This document shows positions 1 through 9,752 of a stretch of DNA of 20,000 nucleotides, one piece after another. The notes under the pieces were generated by a model. The model did not search any database and was not told the origin of the DNA. It saw only the letters and a program-made list of their open reading frames with translations. A program made the position numbers and the translations under genes. Location of the stretch: sequence record DRR723986_9380. One strand, written 5' to 3'. Within the stretch, counting starts at the first letter, position 1; each line of letters opens with the position of its first letter.

Positions 1-536
1 AGAATAACTCCAGAGCCACCAAAACCATTCAATGGCTTTAGTATCATTTTGTCCGCTTTAGACTCCTTAATTTGCTGAACTAAATACTTTTTATTTTTAG
101 ACACATGTGTATTTGGTATAATATTACTATGCGCATCTCCAAATGCTGCAGTATAAAGCTTGTTATTAGCTTCTCGCATACCTTGTAAGGAATTAATGAT
201 GAATACATCATCCTTCACAGAGTCCAGGAAATTAAGCATTAAAGGATCTAAAGGTGGATTAGCTCTAAAGAAAATTGCATCAAAACCAGCCAAAGGCAAC
301 ATTTCTTCCCTTAATTTTGCCTTATTGTAAAAAGATTTTAGCGTAGAAGGTACTTTATCCATTCTCCCTATAACATTACAGAAAGCATTAGTAACACTAT
401 CTCTAATAGTTAAATTGGCAGGAGTACACATGGCTACTCCATGCCCTCTTTTAGCACATTCTTTAATTAAGGCCAAGCTTGTATCATTTTCAGGATCTAT
501 ATTTTCCCAAGTATACATTATAAAACATACATTCAT
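1..536 (-). CDS. gshB: Glutathione synthetase-like ATP-grasp ligase, N-terminal part (continues past window start; not in ORF track)
   Basis: Manual translation from ATG at 536: MNVCFIMYTWENIDPENDTSLALIKECAKRGH...FDAIFFRANPPLD...NSLQGMREANNKLYT...MILKPLNGFGGSGVI. The frame is open to base 1 and matches the prokaryotic GshB N-terminal domain plus the ATP-grasp KPLxGxGG loop. Confidence 0.8.
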   Translation of the reverse strand, partial: MNVCFIMYTWENIDPENDTSLALIKECAKRGHGVAMCTPANLTIRDSVTNAFCNVIGRMDKVPSTLKSFYNKAKLREEMLPLAGFDAIFFRANPPLDPLMLNFLDSVKDDVFIINSLQGMREANNKLYTAAFGDAHSNIIPNTHVSKNKKYLVQQIKESKADKMILKPLNGFGGSGVI

Positions 537-601
537 AATACTGTTGTTATGGTTGGTTTCAGTATTCTAAAAATACTATTTTTTTGTAATTAGTAATCCT
601 G

Positions 602-1927
602 TTATTTTACTTCTTCATAGTGATCGTCCCAATGTTTTGGTTTTGGCTCACCTAATTTACCAACAGACTTAGCTACAAGCATAGATACTGTTGCATCACC
701 AGTAACATTAATAACGGTTCTGCACATGTCTAAAGGTCTGTCTACTGCAAAAATCAGAGCTAAACCAATCGCTAACTTATCTGCTGGGAATCCTATAGCT
801 TCAAGTACAATAACCAACATTACCATTCCAGCACCAGGTACAGCAGCACTTCCTATTGATGCCAATAATGCGGTTAGGACAATGATTAACTGATCCGCAA
901 ACGTTAGGTCAAAACCTAAGGCCTGAGCAATAAAAACTGCTGCTACAGCTTGGTACAAGCTTGTTCCATCCATATTGATAGTGGCGCCAACAGGCAAGAC
1001 AAAACTTGATACTTCTTTATCTACACCAATGTGCTCTTCAACCCTTTCCATTGTTACAGGTAATGTTGCCGCGCTACTACTTGTTGAAAATGCTAGTAAT
1101 TGCGCTGGACTAATTTGCTGTAAAAACCACAACGGATTCTTCTTAGTTATAGTACCAACTATTATGAGGTAAAATACTACCATTAATACTAATCCGATTA
1201 GAACTGTTATTGAATAATAGAGTAAAGCATATAATAAATCCGGATCACCAGATGATACTACCACATTAGCCAATAAAGCAAATACCGCAACTGGTGCTGT
1301 AAGCATTATTAAATCTACCATCTTAAGAACAACATCATTTAAGGAATCAAATATGTCCTTTAACGGTTTTGCTTTTTCCTCACCAATTAATAACATTGAA
1401 ATACCTAAGAATATGGCAAAGAATATCACCTGAAGCATTAGTTTGTTATTACTTAAAGCTGTAAATACGTTCTCAGGAACCATATCTACTAAAAACTGCA
1501 TTGGACTGCCTTCTTTCTGCTTTATGGCTTCAGTTATTTTTCCTTGTACACTACTATCATTAGCATAAGTCTCAGTGAGTTTTGCAATAGTTTCATCTGA
1601 TACTCCATCACCTGGTTGTAAAACGTTAACTAACAATAATCCTATAGTTATCGCAATTACTGTGGTGCATACATAAATTAGAATTGTTCTAATACCTATG
1701 TTGGCAAACTTGGAAATGTCCTTTAAATCTGAAATTCCTTTAATCAATGACGCTAATATCAATGGAATTGCAATTAACTTTAAGAGTTTTACAAAAATAG
1801 TTCCAGCCCAGTTTATCCACCGATTTACAAATTCCGGACCACCATCTACCTGCAGCATTATAAAACCAAATGCTACACCAAGTAGCATTCCTATTAATAT
1901 TTTCCAATGTAATGCGAGTTTTTTCAT
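602..1927 (-). CDS. Dicarboxylate/amino acid:cation symporter (DAACS, GltP/GltT family)
   Basis: 441 aa polytopic membrane protein with AFSTSSSAATLP, GATINMDGT, ASIGSAAVPGAG and VDRPLDMCRTVINVTGD signatures. Confidence 0.95.
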   Translation of the reverse strand: MKKLALHWKILIGMLLGVAFGFIMLQVDGGPEFVNRWINWAGTIFVKLLKLIAIPLILASLIKGISDLKDISKFANIGIRTILIYVCTTVIAITIGLLLVNVLQPGDGVSDETIAKLTETYANDSSVQGKITEAIKQKEGSPMQFLVDMVPENVFTALSNNKLMLQVIFFAIFLGISMLLIGEEKAKPLKDIFDSLNDVVLKMVDLIMLTAPVAVFALLANVVVSSGDPDLLYALLYYSITVLIGLVLMVVFYLIIVGTITKKNPLWFLQQISPAQLLAFSTSSSAATLPVTMERVEEHIGVDKEVSSFVLPVGATINMDGTSLYQAVAAVFIAQALGFDLTFADQLIIVLTALLASIGSAAVPGAGMVMLVIVLEAIGFPADKLAIGLALIFAVDRPLDMCRTVINVTGDATVSMLVAKSVGKLGEPKPKHWDDHYEEVK

Positions 1928-1978
1928 AGGTTATTTTTAAAGTTCTACAAGTAATATAATGTTAGTCTTGCGTTATAA

Positions 1979-3049
1979 TTACCAATCTTTAGATTCTTGA
2001 CGTCTCAGTAGCATATAGTCCGTCATAACTAAAGCTGCCATAGCTTCGACAATAGGCACAGCTCTTGGGACAACACAAGGATCGTGTCTGCCTTTACCTT
2101 GCATTTCTACAGTATCACCAGAACTATTTATTGTTTCTTGTTTCTGAAGTGTTGTAGCGACCGGTTTAAAAGCGACATTAAAATATATATCCATGCCATT
2201 ACTTATACCACCTTGTACTCCACCAGATCTATTGGTTTTGGTAGTACCGTCTTCATTAAATTTATCATTGTGTACACTGCCAAGCATTTTTGAACCCTCA
2301 AAACCACTACCATACTCAAATCCTTTTACAGCATTTATAGATAACATAGCCTTTCCCAATTCAGCATGTAATTTATCAAATACAGGTTCACCTAAACCAG
2401 CTGGAACATTCTTTATAACACAAGTAATTACACCACCAATTGTATCTCCTTGCTTTTTCACTTCGTTAATACGATTAATCATTTTATCAGCTGTGTCCTT
2501 GTCTGGACAACGAATTACATTCGATTCAATAAGATCAAAATCTAAATCATGATACGGTTTATCTAAACTAATGTCACCAACAGCAGACGTAAAAGCATTT
2601 ATTTTCATTGAAACTAAGAACTGTTTTGCAATAGCACCTGCTACCACTCTACTAGCTGTTTCTCTTGCAGAACTTCTTCCACCACCTCTGTAATCTCTCA
2701 CACCATACTTTTTATCATAAGTAAAATCTGCATGACTAGGTCTGTACACATCTTTTATATGAGAATAATCTTTAGATTTTTGATTGGTGTTATGAATTAC
2801 AAACCCAATCGGTGTGCCAGTTGTTTCACCTTCAAAAATTCCAGAGTAAAATTCTACTGTATCTGGTTCTTTTCGTTGTGTCACTATCTTAGATTGTCCT
2901 GGTTTACGACGATTCATCTCATTTTGAATAGCTTCAAAATCTAACTTTATACCAGCTGGACAGCCATCTAAAATACCACCAATTGCTGGTCCATGAGATT
3001 CACCAAAAGTGGTGAGTTTAAATAATTTTCCAAAGGAATTTCCTGCCAT
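1979..3049 (-). CDS. aroC: Chorismate synthase
   Basis: [39 protein letters not shown] and GRHDPCV motifs. Confidence 0.98.
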   Translation of the reverse strand: MAGNSFGKLFKLTTFGESHGPAIGGILDGCPAGIKLDFEAIQNEMNRRKPGQSKIVTQRKEPDTVEFYSGIFEGETTGTPIGFVIHNTNQKSKDYSHIKDVYRPSHADFTYDKKYGVRDYRGGGRSSARETASRVVAGAIAKQFLVSMKINAFTSAVGDISLDKPYHDLDFDLIESNVIRCPDKDTADKMINRINEVKKQGDTIGGVITCVIKNVPAGLGEPVFDKLHAELGKAMLSINAVKGFEYGSGFEGSKMLGSVHNDKFNEDGTTKTNRSGGVQGGISNGMDIYFNVAFKPVATTLQKQETINSSGDTVEMQGKGRHDPCVVPRAVPIVEAMAALVMTDYMLLRRQESKDW

Positions 3050-3097
3050 TTAAACAATTTTTATGCTAATGTAATTGTATTATAAGAGAAACAAAAA

Positions 3098-6028
3098 TCA
3101 AATGAGAGCTTCTTTAAGAATCGTTATTGGATGTTTCGCTGTTTTACCAGTGCCATCTTTAATCTGATGTCTACAACTTGTACCATTGGCAGCAATAATA
3201 GTGTCTTCTGAAGCCTTACGTATTGCAGGGAATAGAGTTTGTTCCCCAATTTGCATGCTAATATCATAATGCTCTTTCTCAAATCCAAAACTACCTGCCA
3301 TACCGCAGCATCCACTAGGAATAATAGTTACTTTATAATTTACGGGAAGATTTAATACATCAAAGCTAGACTTTTGATTGGCCAATGCTTTTTGATGACA
3401 ATGCCCATGATACTTTATGGTTTTATGTTCTGATGTAAATTGGTCTGACTTAATATTACCTAACTCTATTTCTTGTTGAATGAATTCTTCAATTAATAAA
3501 GTGTGATTAGCTATTGTTGCTGCAGCGTCCTTATCATCAGACAATTTAAGATATTCATCTTTAAAAGTGAGAATGGCTGAAGGCTCAATACCTATTAATT
3601 TTCTATCACAATTAACTTTATCTTTTAAGTACCTAATATTACTATTAGCTACTTGTTTAGCTTCTTCAAGAAATCCTTTTGAAATAAATGTTCTTCCGCT
3701 TTCTAAGTTATTAATTATAAGTGTATTATAACCCAATTTATTAAGTAAAAGTTTAGAATCTTTAGCTATAGTAGAATCTAAATAATTAGTGAATTCGTCA
3801 ATAAATAGAAACACAGTCTTTACAGTATCTACTAATGGAATATCTTCATTTATCCAACCTGTATCAGGATGTAATTTGGCATACGATTTTAAAACTAATG
3901 GAAAGCTCCGTTTTGGATGAATGCCATATATAAGCTTTATTAATTTTGAAATAAACTTAGTTTGAAACATACCATTAAAAAACCAAGGATTCAATGACGC
4001 TATTTTATTGTATCTAGTAGCATTTGCAAAGAACTTATCCTTAAATTTAAAACCATTAGTTTTTTGATACTGATATTGAAATTCTGCTTTTAAACTTGCC
4101 ACATCAACACTACTAGGGCATTCACTAGCACATGCTTTACAACTAAGACACAGATCAAAAACATCTTTAAGTTCTTCATGATTAAATTTATTGGATTTAT
4201 CAGAATTGGTTAAGTACTCACGTAAGGCATTGGCTCTTGCCCTTGTAGTATCTTTTTCATTACGGGTTGCTCTATAACTTGGACACATGGCCCCACCAAA
4301 CTCAGGTAATTTTCTACAATCACCAGAGCCATTACACTTTTCTGCTTCTCTTAATATACCTAAAGAAGCCGAAAAGTCTAATACAGTTTCTATTTCTGGT
4401 ATCGTGTGACCTGACTCATAACGTAAGTTTTTATCCATAGAATAAGCATCTACTATTTTTCCAGGATTAAAAATGTTATCAGGGTCGAAAGCCGCTTTAA
4501 TTTTTCTAATAATTTCATAATTAGCTTTTCCTGTCATCATGGGAATAAATTCAGCACGTACAATGCCATCTCCATGTTCTCCAGACATTGAGCCATTATA
4601 TTTTTTAACCAAATTTGCTACGTCTGTCGTTATTTTTCTGAATAACACCACATCTTCAGACTGCTTTAAATCTAGAATTGGTCTTAGGTGAAGCTCACCA
4701 GCACCAGCATGAGCATAATAAACTGCTTTTTGATTGTAACTAGTCATTAAAGCTGTAAATTCAGAGATATAAGCATCTAAATCATTTATAGCAACTGCTG
4801 TATCTTCAATACAGGCTACTGCCTTTTTATCACCTATAATGTTTCCAAGTAAACCAAGACCTGCTTTACGCAGTTCTAATGCCTTATTAATGTCATCTCC
4901 TCTTAGAATTGGTGCCGCATAACTTAAATTTAATTTTATGATAGTATCCTTAAACTGATCTATTTGTTCCTCAAGGCAAGAAGGTGAATCTGCTTTTAAT
5001 TCACACATTAAAATAGCCACAGGCTTTCCTTCTATAAACTGTCTGTTTTCTTGTTGTGTTTTGTTATGCTTTGTGAGATCTAAAATGGAATCATCCATCA
5101 TTTCACATGTGTGCAAATTATGCGTCATAATTGTAGCCACAGATTGTAAACATTTCTCTACACTTTCAAAATGCATAGCAATCATAGCGCTTTCTGTTGG
5201 TGGTAATCTATCTAATTGAAGTGTTATTTCTGTTGTAAAGGCAAGTGTTCCTTCACTGCCTGCTAATAGCTGACACATATTAAAGGAATCTTGAGAAGAC
5301 GTATTAAATACTTTTGTTTTAATCAGCTCATCAATGGCATAGCCTGTATTTCGCCTATGTATTTCTGGTTTTGGGAAATTGTCAAATATTTGTTTCTGAA
5401 CTTCTTCTGATTTTAATGCATTAAAAACAGTTCGATAGATGTCACCTTCTAGTGTCTGCAACTTTAATTTATCATTAAATTCTTTATTTGTGATAGTGTT
5501 GAATTCCACTTCACTTCCGTCACTAAGTATGGTCTTTAAGCTTAATACTTTATCTCGCGTTACACCATATTGTATTGATGTTGTGCCAGAAGAGTTATTA
5601 CCAACCATACCACCAATCATACAACGATTAGATGTCGATGTATTTGGTCCAAAAAAAAGTCCAAAAGGTTTTAAATAATTATTAAGCTCATCTCTTACCA
5701 CACCTGGCTGAACTGTAACTGTCTGTTCAGTTTCATTTACATTTAGTATCTTGGTAAAGTTTTTAGATACATCTACAACAATCCCTTCACCTACACATTG
5801 ACCTGCTAAAGATGTGCCAGCAGTTCTGGGAATTAATGAGGTCTTATGTTTAGTGGCAAAATGAATAAGAAGCTTTATATCGTCACTATTCTTAGGCAAT
5901 GCAACAGCTAATGGTAATTTTCTGTAAACTGAAGCATCAGTAGCATATAGCTTTCGCATTAAATCATCAAAATACAATTCGCCTTCAAGCTGAGATTTTA
6001 AATGTTGTAATGCTTTTCTTTGAATCAT
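3098..6028 (-). CDS. FAD-binding and (Fe-S)-binding oxidoreductase (YdiJ-like, GlcD/GlcF-type fusion; 2-hydroxyacid dehydrogenase family)
   Basis: FAD_binding_4 N-terminus (PRTAGTSLAGQ, IGGMVGNNSSG), HAGAGELHLRP and SGEHGDG motifs, two 4Fe-4S motifs (CNGSGDC...CPS; CLSCKACASECP) and a CCG domain (CCGMAGSFG). ATG at 6028 is preferred over the TTG at 6031. Confidence 0.92.
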   Translation of the reverse strand: MIQRKALQHLKSQLEGELYFDDLMRKLYATDASVYRKLPLAVALPKNSDDIKLLIHFATKHKTSLIPRTAGTSLAGQCVGEGIVVDVSKNFTKILNVNETEQTVTVQPGVVRDELNNYLKPFGLFFGPNTSTSNRCMIGGMVGNNSSGTTSIQYGVTRDKVLSLKTILSDGSEVEFNTITNKEFNDKLKLQTLEGDIYRTVFNALKSEEVQKQIFDNFPKPEIHRRNTGYAIDELIKTKVFNTSSQDSFNMCQLLAGSEGTLAFTTEITLQLDRLPPTESAMIAMHFESVEKCLQSVATIMTHNLHTCEMMDDSILDLTKHNKTQQENRQFIEGKPVAILMCELKADSPSCLEEQIDQFKDTIIKLNLSYAAPILRGDDINKALELRKAGLGLLGNIIGDKKAVACIEDTAVAINDLDAYISEFTALMTSYNQKAVYYAHAGAGELHLRPILDLKQSEDVVLFRKITTDVANLVKKYNGSMSGEHGDGIVRAEFIPMMTGKANYEIIRKIKAAFDPDNIFNPGKIVDAYSMDKNLRYESGHTIPEIETVLDFSASLGILREAEKCNGSGDCRKLPEFGGAMCPSYRATRNEKDTTRARANALREYLTNSDKSNKFNHEELKDVFDLCLSCKACASECPSSVDVASLKAEFQYQYQKTNGFKFKDKFFANATRYNKIASLNPWFFNGMFQTKFISKLIKLIYGIHPKRSFPLVLKSYAKLHPDTGWINEDIPLVDTVKTVFLFIDEFTNYLDSTIAKDSKLLLNKLGYNTLIINNLESGRTFISKGFLEEAKQVANSNIRYLKDKVNCDRKLIGIEPSAILTFKDEYLKLSDDKDAAATIANHTLLIEEFIQQEIELGNIKSDQFTSEHKTIKYHGHCHQKALANQKSSFDVLNLPVNYKVTIIPSGCCGMAGSFGFEKEHYDISMQIGEQTLFPAIRKASEDTIIAANGTSCRHQIKDGTGKTAKHPITILKEALI

Positions 6029-6088
6029 CAATGACTAAATATGCTCGTAAAACTATAAAGAATTCTAATATAAAATTAGTTTTGGCGT

Positions 6089-6096
6089 TATTTTTG
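6089..6096 (+). promoter_or_regulatory. Bacteroidota housekeeping promoter -7 box (TAnnTTTG)
   Basis: TATTTTTG 36 nt upstream of the ATG at 6133, in a divergent intergenic region. Confidence 0.5.
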
Positions 6097-6132
6097 TAAA
6101 GTTTATTCCATTCAATTAAAAAACGTAACATT

Positions 6133-6609
6133 ATGAAGAAATTAGTTTTAGCTACATTGGTTTTAGTAGCAGGATTTACAAGCTTAAACGCACAAGAAAT
6201 TGCAGATAATGCCATTGGCTTAAGACTTGGAGCCAGTGATGGATTTGGCACAGAGATATCTTACCTACGTGCCTTAGGAGATAATAATAGGTTAGAAATT
6301 GATTTAGGATGGAAAAGCGATAATGATTTTAACGCTTATCGTATAACTGGTCTGTACCAATGGGTTTGGGAGCTAGACGGAAATTTTAATTGGTACGCTG
6401 GTGCTGGTGGAGGTTTAGCATCTTACAGTTTTGATAGTAGCATAATTGATGATGAATCTTATCTCTTTATAGCTGGTGATATTGGTATTGAATATAGATT
6501 TGACATACCATTATTACTATCCTTAGACGTACGACCAGAAATTGGCATTGGAGACTTTAATAATGAACTAGATTTTGATGTTGCCCTTGGTATTAGGTAT
6601 CAATTCTAA
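6133..6609 (+). CDS. Small outer-membrane beta-barrel protein (probably 8-stranded)
   Basis: Sec signal peptide ending LNA-Q, alternating aromatic/hydrophobic beta-strands, and a C-terminal BAM-type signal (LGIRYQF). Confidence 0.85.
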   Translation: MKKLVLATLVLVAGFTSLNAQEIADNAIGLRLGASDGFGTEISYLRALGDNNRLEIDLGWKSDNDFNAYRITGLYQWVWELDGNFNWYAGAGGGLASYSFDSSIIDDESYLFIAGDIGIEYRFDIPLLLSLDVRPEIGIGDFNNELDFDVALGIRYQF

Positions 6610-6624
6610 AATAATAACACATTT

Positions 6625-6654
6625 AAAAGGCCACCATTAATAGGTGGTTTTTTT
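6625..6654 (+). terminator. Intrinsic terminator
   Basis: AAAAGGCCACC-attaata-GGTGGTTTTTTT hairpin with T-run just after the stop at 6609. Confidence 0.85.
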
Positions 6655-6691
6655 ATGATTTTTTATTAAACATTAAGCCATAAAATTTCCT

Positions 6692-6699
6692 TAATTTTG
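6692..6699 (+). promoter_or_regulatory. Bacteroidota promoter -7 box for gcvT
   Basis: TAATTTTG 28 nt upstream of the gcvT ATG and downstream of a terminator. Confidence 0.6.
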
Positions 6700-6727
6700 C
6701 ACAGCTAAAAACTAAAAATTCATACTT

Positions 6728-7810
6728 ATGAAAGATACTGCGTTGAGTTCTACACACATCGAATTAGGTGCTAAAATGGTGCCATTTGCAGGCTATAATA
6801 TGCCTGTACAATACGAAGGCGTTAATATTGAGCACGAGACAGTGCGGAATGCTGTAGGTGTTTTTGATGTGTCGCACATGGGTGAGTTTCTTATTGAAGG
6901 TCCGAACGCTTTAGAATTAATTCAGAAAGTATCTAGTAATGATGCCTCTAAATTAGAGGTTGGTAAGGCTCAATATAGTTGCTTACCAAATGATGATGGT
7001 GGAATTGTAGATGATTTAATTATTTACAAAATAAAGGATGAGACATACCTTTTAGTAGTTAATGCTAGTAATATTGAAAAAGATTGGAATTGGATAAAGT
7101 CTAAGAATGATGTAGGTGCAGACATGCGCGATTTAAGTGAAGATTATTCATTATTAGCTATACAAGGCCCAAAAGCTGTAGAAGCCATGCAATCCTTGTC
7201 TAGTCATGATTTGTCAGCAATTAAGTTCTACAATTTTATAGTTGGTGACTTTGCAGGTATAGACCATGTTATAATTTCAGCGACTGGTTATACTGGTAGT
7301 GGTGGTTTTGAAATTTATTGCAAAAACTCAGAAGTAAAACAAATTTGGGATAAAGTATTAGAAGTAGGTGTAGATTATGGTATAAAACCAATAGGATTGG
7401 CTGCAAGAGACACATTACGCTTAGAAATGGGTTATTGCCTTTACGGGAATGATATTGATGATACTACATCTCCGATAGAAGCTGGTTTAAGTTGGATTTG
7501 TAAATTCAATAAATCGTTTACAAATAGCGAAGCCCTTAAAGACGAAAAAGAACGTACACCAGAACGCAAATTAGTGGCCTTTAAAATGGATGAGCGTGGC
7601 ATACCAAGACAAGGTTACTATATTGTTGATAGCAGTGGAAAAACTATTGGCAATGTAACTTCAGGCACTATGAGCCCTAGCTTAGGAGAAGGTATTGGTC
7701 TGGGTTATGTACCAACTGTCTTTTCTAAAGTAGATAGCAAAATTAATATTCAGGTTAGAAAAAAAGTCATTCCTGCTACTGTTATAAAATTACCATTTTA
7801 CAAAGGCTAA
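6728..7810 (+). CDS. gcvT: Glycine cleavage system aminomethyltransferase T
   Basis: [38 protein letters not shown] and [13 protein letters not shown] motifs. Confidence 0.98.
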   Translation: MKDTALSSTHIELGAKMVPFAGYNMPVQYEGVNIEHETVRNAVGVFDVSHMGEFLIEGPNALELIQKVSSNDASKLEVGKAQYSCLPNDDGGIVDDLIIYKIKDETYLLVVNASNIEKDWNWIKSKNDVGADMRDLSEDYSLLAIQGPKAVEAMQSLSSHDLSAIKFYNFIVGDFAGIDHVIISATGYTGSGGFEIYCKNSEVKQIWDKVLEVGVDYGIKPIGLAARDTLRLEMGYCLYGNDIDDTTSPIEAGLSWICKFNKSFTNSEALKDEKERTPERKLVAFKMDERGIPRQGYYIVDSSGKTIGNVTSGTMSPSLGEGIGLGYVPTVFSKVDSKINIQVRKKVIPATVIKLPFYKG

Positions 7811-7832
7811 TAGTGTTGAAGACGATTGATTA

Positions 7833-8663
7833 ATGAAGCGGAACTTAAACAAACATCGTATACTTATTTTAGGTGGTAGTGGTTATTTAGGCAATGCCAT
7901 TTATAAAGAATTAGGACCCTATTTTAGAACTTTTGCAACCTTCAGAACTCCTAAAAGAGAGTTTCAATCAAACAGGCAATTTTTTCAGTACAATGTTGAA
8001 GAAGATGATGTTTACGAAATTTTAGAAGCATGTAAACCATCTGTTATTATTTCTTCCTTACGAGGTGATTTCCATGCACAGACTATAGCGCATCAGCATA
8101 TCGCAGAATATGCATTAGAACATGGCAGCAAAATCATCTTTCTATCTTCTGCCAATGCATTTGACGCCTATAGTAAATATCCAAGTTATGAGCTCGACAA
8201 AACTTTAAGCCATAGTATTTACGGTCATTTTAAAATAAAAATCGAAAACATGCTATTACGCTTACCTAAAAAGCAAGTAGCTGTATTGCGTTTACCCATG
8301 GTATTTGGTGCTAAATGCCCTAGAATTCAAGAAATAAAACAACTCATTTCTGAAAATGAATCTGTTGAAATATTTCCAAACCTCATAATGAATGTCACCT
8401 TAGATAAAAAGGTAACTCAACAGATTCATTATATTATTAATCGAAATAAGTTTGGCATTTTTCATTTAGGTAGCACTGATTTGGTGCATCATGATGAATT
8501 TGTTAGAGACATATTATCATTTATCACTAAAAAGAAAGTTTCTATTAAACAGGTGTATACCACAAATGAAGATCGTTATTTAGCGGTGTTACCAAAGTTT
8601 AATAAATTACCTAAGCATCTGCAAATTACCAGTCAGTATGTACTAGAAGAATTACAAAAATGA
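7833..8663 (+). CDS. RmlD-like (dTDP-4-dehydrorhamnose reductase family) extended SDR, substrate unknown
   Basis: Rossmann motif GGSGYLG, catalytic Ser region FLSSANAF, YxxxK (YGHFK), LRLPMVFG and GIFHLGS. Confidence 0.8.
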   Translation: MKRNLNKHRILILGGSGYLGNAIYKELGPYFRTFATFRTPKREFQSNRQFFQYNVEEDDVYEILEACKPSVIISSLRGDFHAQTIAHQHIAEYALEHGSKIIFLSSANAFDAYSKYPSYELDKTLSHSIYGHFKIKIENMLLRLPKKQVAVLRLPMVFGAKCPRIQEIKQLISENESVEIFPNLIMNVTLDKKVTQQIHYIINRNKFGIFHLGSTDLVHHDEFVRDILSFITKKKVSIKQVYTTNEDRYLAVLPKFNKLPKHLQITSQYVLEELQK

Positions 8664-8785
8664 GAATCGTTAAGTTTTAGCTTTAGGTCTCTTATCTTCA
8701 TTTTATCTGTAATTCTATCATCAAAGCGTTTTAGTTTGTTCCCTTAAATCTAATTTCATAAATTTCCACTAATCAAAATATATTT

Positions 8786-9073
8786 ATGAAGTTAGACGAA
8801 TCTACTATAGAAAAGAAATTATTACGTTTTCCTGACTGGGAATATCACAAAGATGCTATACATGCCGAATTTGAATTTGACAATTTTAAAGATTGTTTTA
8901 GTGCTATGAGCCGTATTGCATTTGAGTGTGAAGCTTTGAATCATCATCCGGATTGGAGTAATGTATACAACATACTTAAAATTTCTCTTTCTACACATGA
9001 TGTTGGTGGTGTCTCTGAAAAGGATTTTAAATTAGCTGCTGCCATTGAAGTTATTGTAGAAGTCGAAGAATAA
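8786..9073 (+). CDS. phhB: Pterin-4-alpha-carbinolamine dehydratase
   Basis: 95 aa with catalytic EALNHHPDWSN and STHDVGGVSEKD motifs. Confidence 0.93.
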   Translation: MKLDESTIEKKLLRFPDWEYHKDAIHAEFEFDNFKDCFSAMSRIAFECEALNHHPDWSNVYNILKISLSTHDVGGVSEKDFKLAAAIEVIVEVEE

Positions 9074-9093
9074 CAAACGACGACGAAACGTAC

Positions 9094-9683
9094 ATGAAGA
9101 GATTATTCTTAGCATTCTTTTGCTTTTCTTTCTTTAATGGTAATGGACAGAATATTGATTTTTGCCATGAACTAAAGTCTATAAAAGACTTGGTGCAATC
9201 CTCGCACTATCAGCCTAAGCCAGTTAATAATAGTTTATCTAAACATGTCTTTAAACTTTTCTTAGATCAAATAGATAGTGATAAACACTTCTTCACAAGA
9301 GCTAAGGCAGAAAGTGCAAAAGAAGGTCTAGAAATTTTAAAAACGGTAGAGCTTTATAAAAATGATAAGTCAATTGCTATGGCAACCAAAAAAGTCTTTG
9401 AATTCTTTATAGATGAAGCTGAAAATAAAATACCTGTAATGGAGGATTTTTTAGTGTCTAAAGAAGATTTAGACAAAACTGCTGCGGCATTAGAAAAAAC
9501 ACCACAGCGCAAACGTACAAAAGAACAAATTGATGGTTACAATGATTTGGTGAATGCCTTTAATAAAGGTGTAAAATAGTTTAATAAAATAAATGGGAAT
9601 TAAATATTAAACGCCAAACGGTTATTAATAATCTAAATGCAGCCAATCAGAAGTTTTTAAGTAAACATATTCCTAACGATTAA
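9094..9683 (+). pseudogene. Probable deletion-fusion pseudogene: N-terminus of a carboxy-terminal processing protease (Prc/Tsp, S41) joined to the disrupted C-terminus of an unrelated helical protein
   Basis: Residues 1-68 have a signal peptide and HYQPKPVNNSLSKHVFKLFLDQIDSDKHFFT (Tsp N-terminal motif), with no PDZ or S41 domain after it. Protein-like sequence continues past the TAG at 9577-9579 (FNKING) and, after a 1-nt frame change near 9597, reads ELNIKRQTVINNLNAANQKFLSKHIPND* to 9683. Confidence 0.7.
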
Positions 9684-9693
9684 CAGAAATACT

Positions 9694-9701
9694 TAAATTT
9701 G
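9694..9701 (+). promoter_or_regulatory. Bacteroidota promoter -7 box for yebC
   Basis: TAAATTTG 51 nt upstream of the ATG at 9753. Confidence 0.6.
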
Positions 9702-9752
9702 TCAAGCCTAACTAGGCGCAAATAATTCTTTATAACCTTATAATTTCAAACT

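Noticed and set aside
975..6251. Short ORFs 975-1172, 1698-1940, 2084-2293, 2193-2552, 2732-2944, 3124-3315, 5439-5678 and 5985-6251
   Set aside because: Antisense or off-frame shadows of well-supported genes, with no recognisable motifs.
6610..6727. Glycine riboswitch upstream of gcvT
   Set aside because: The gap is only 118 nt, is occupied by a terminator and a promoter box close to the ATG, and shows no aptamer motifs.
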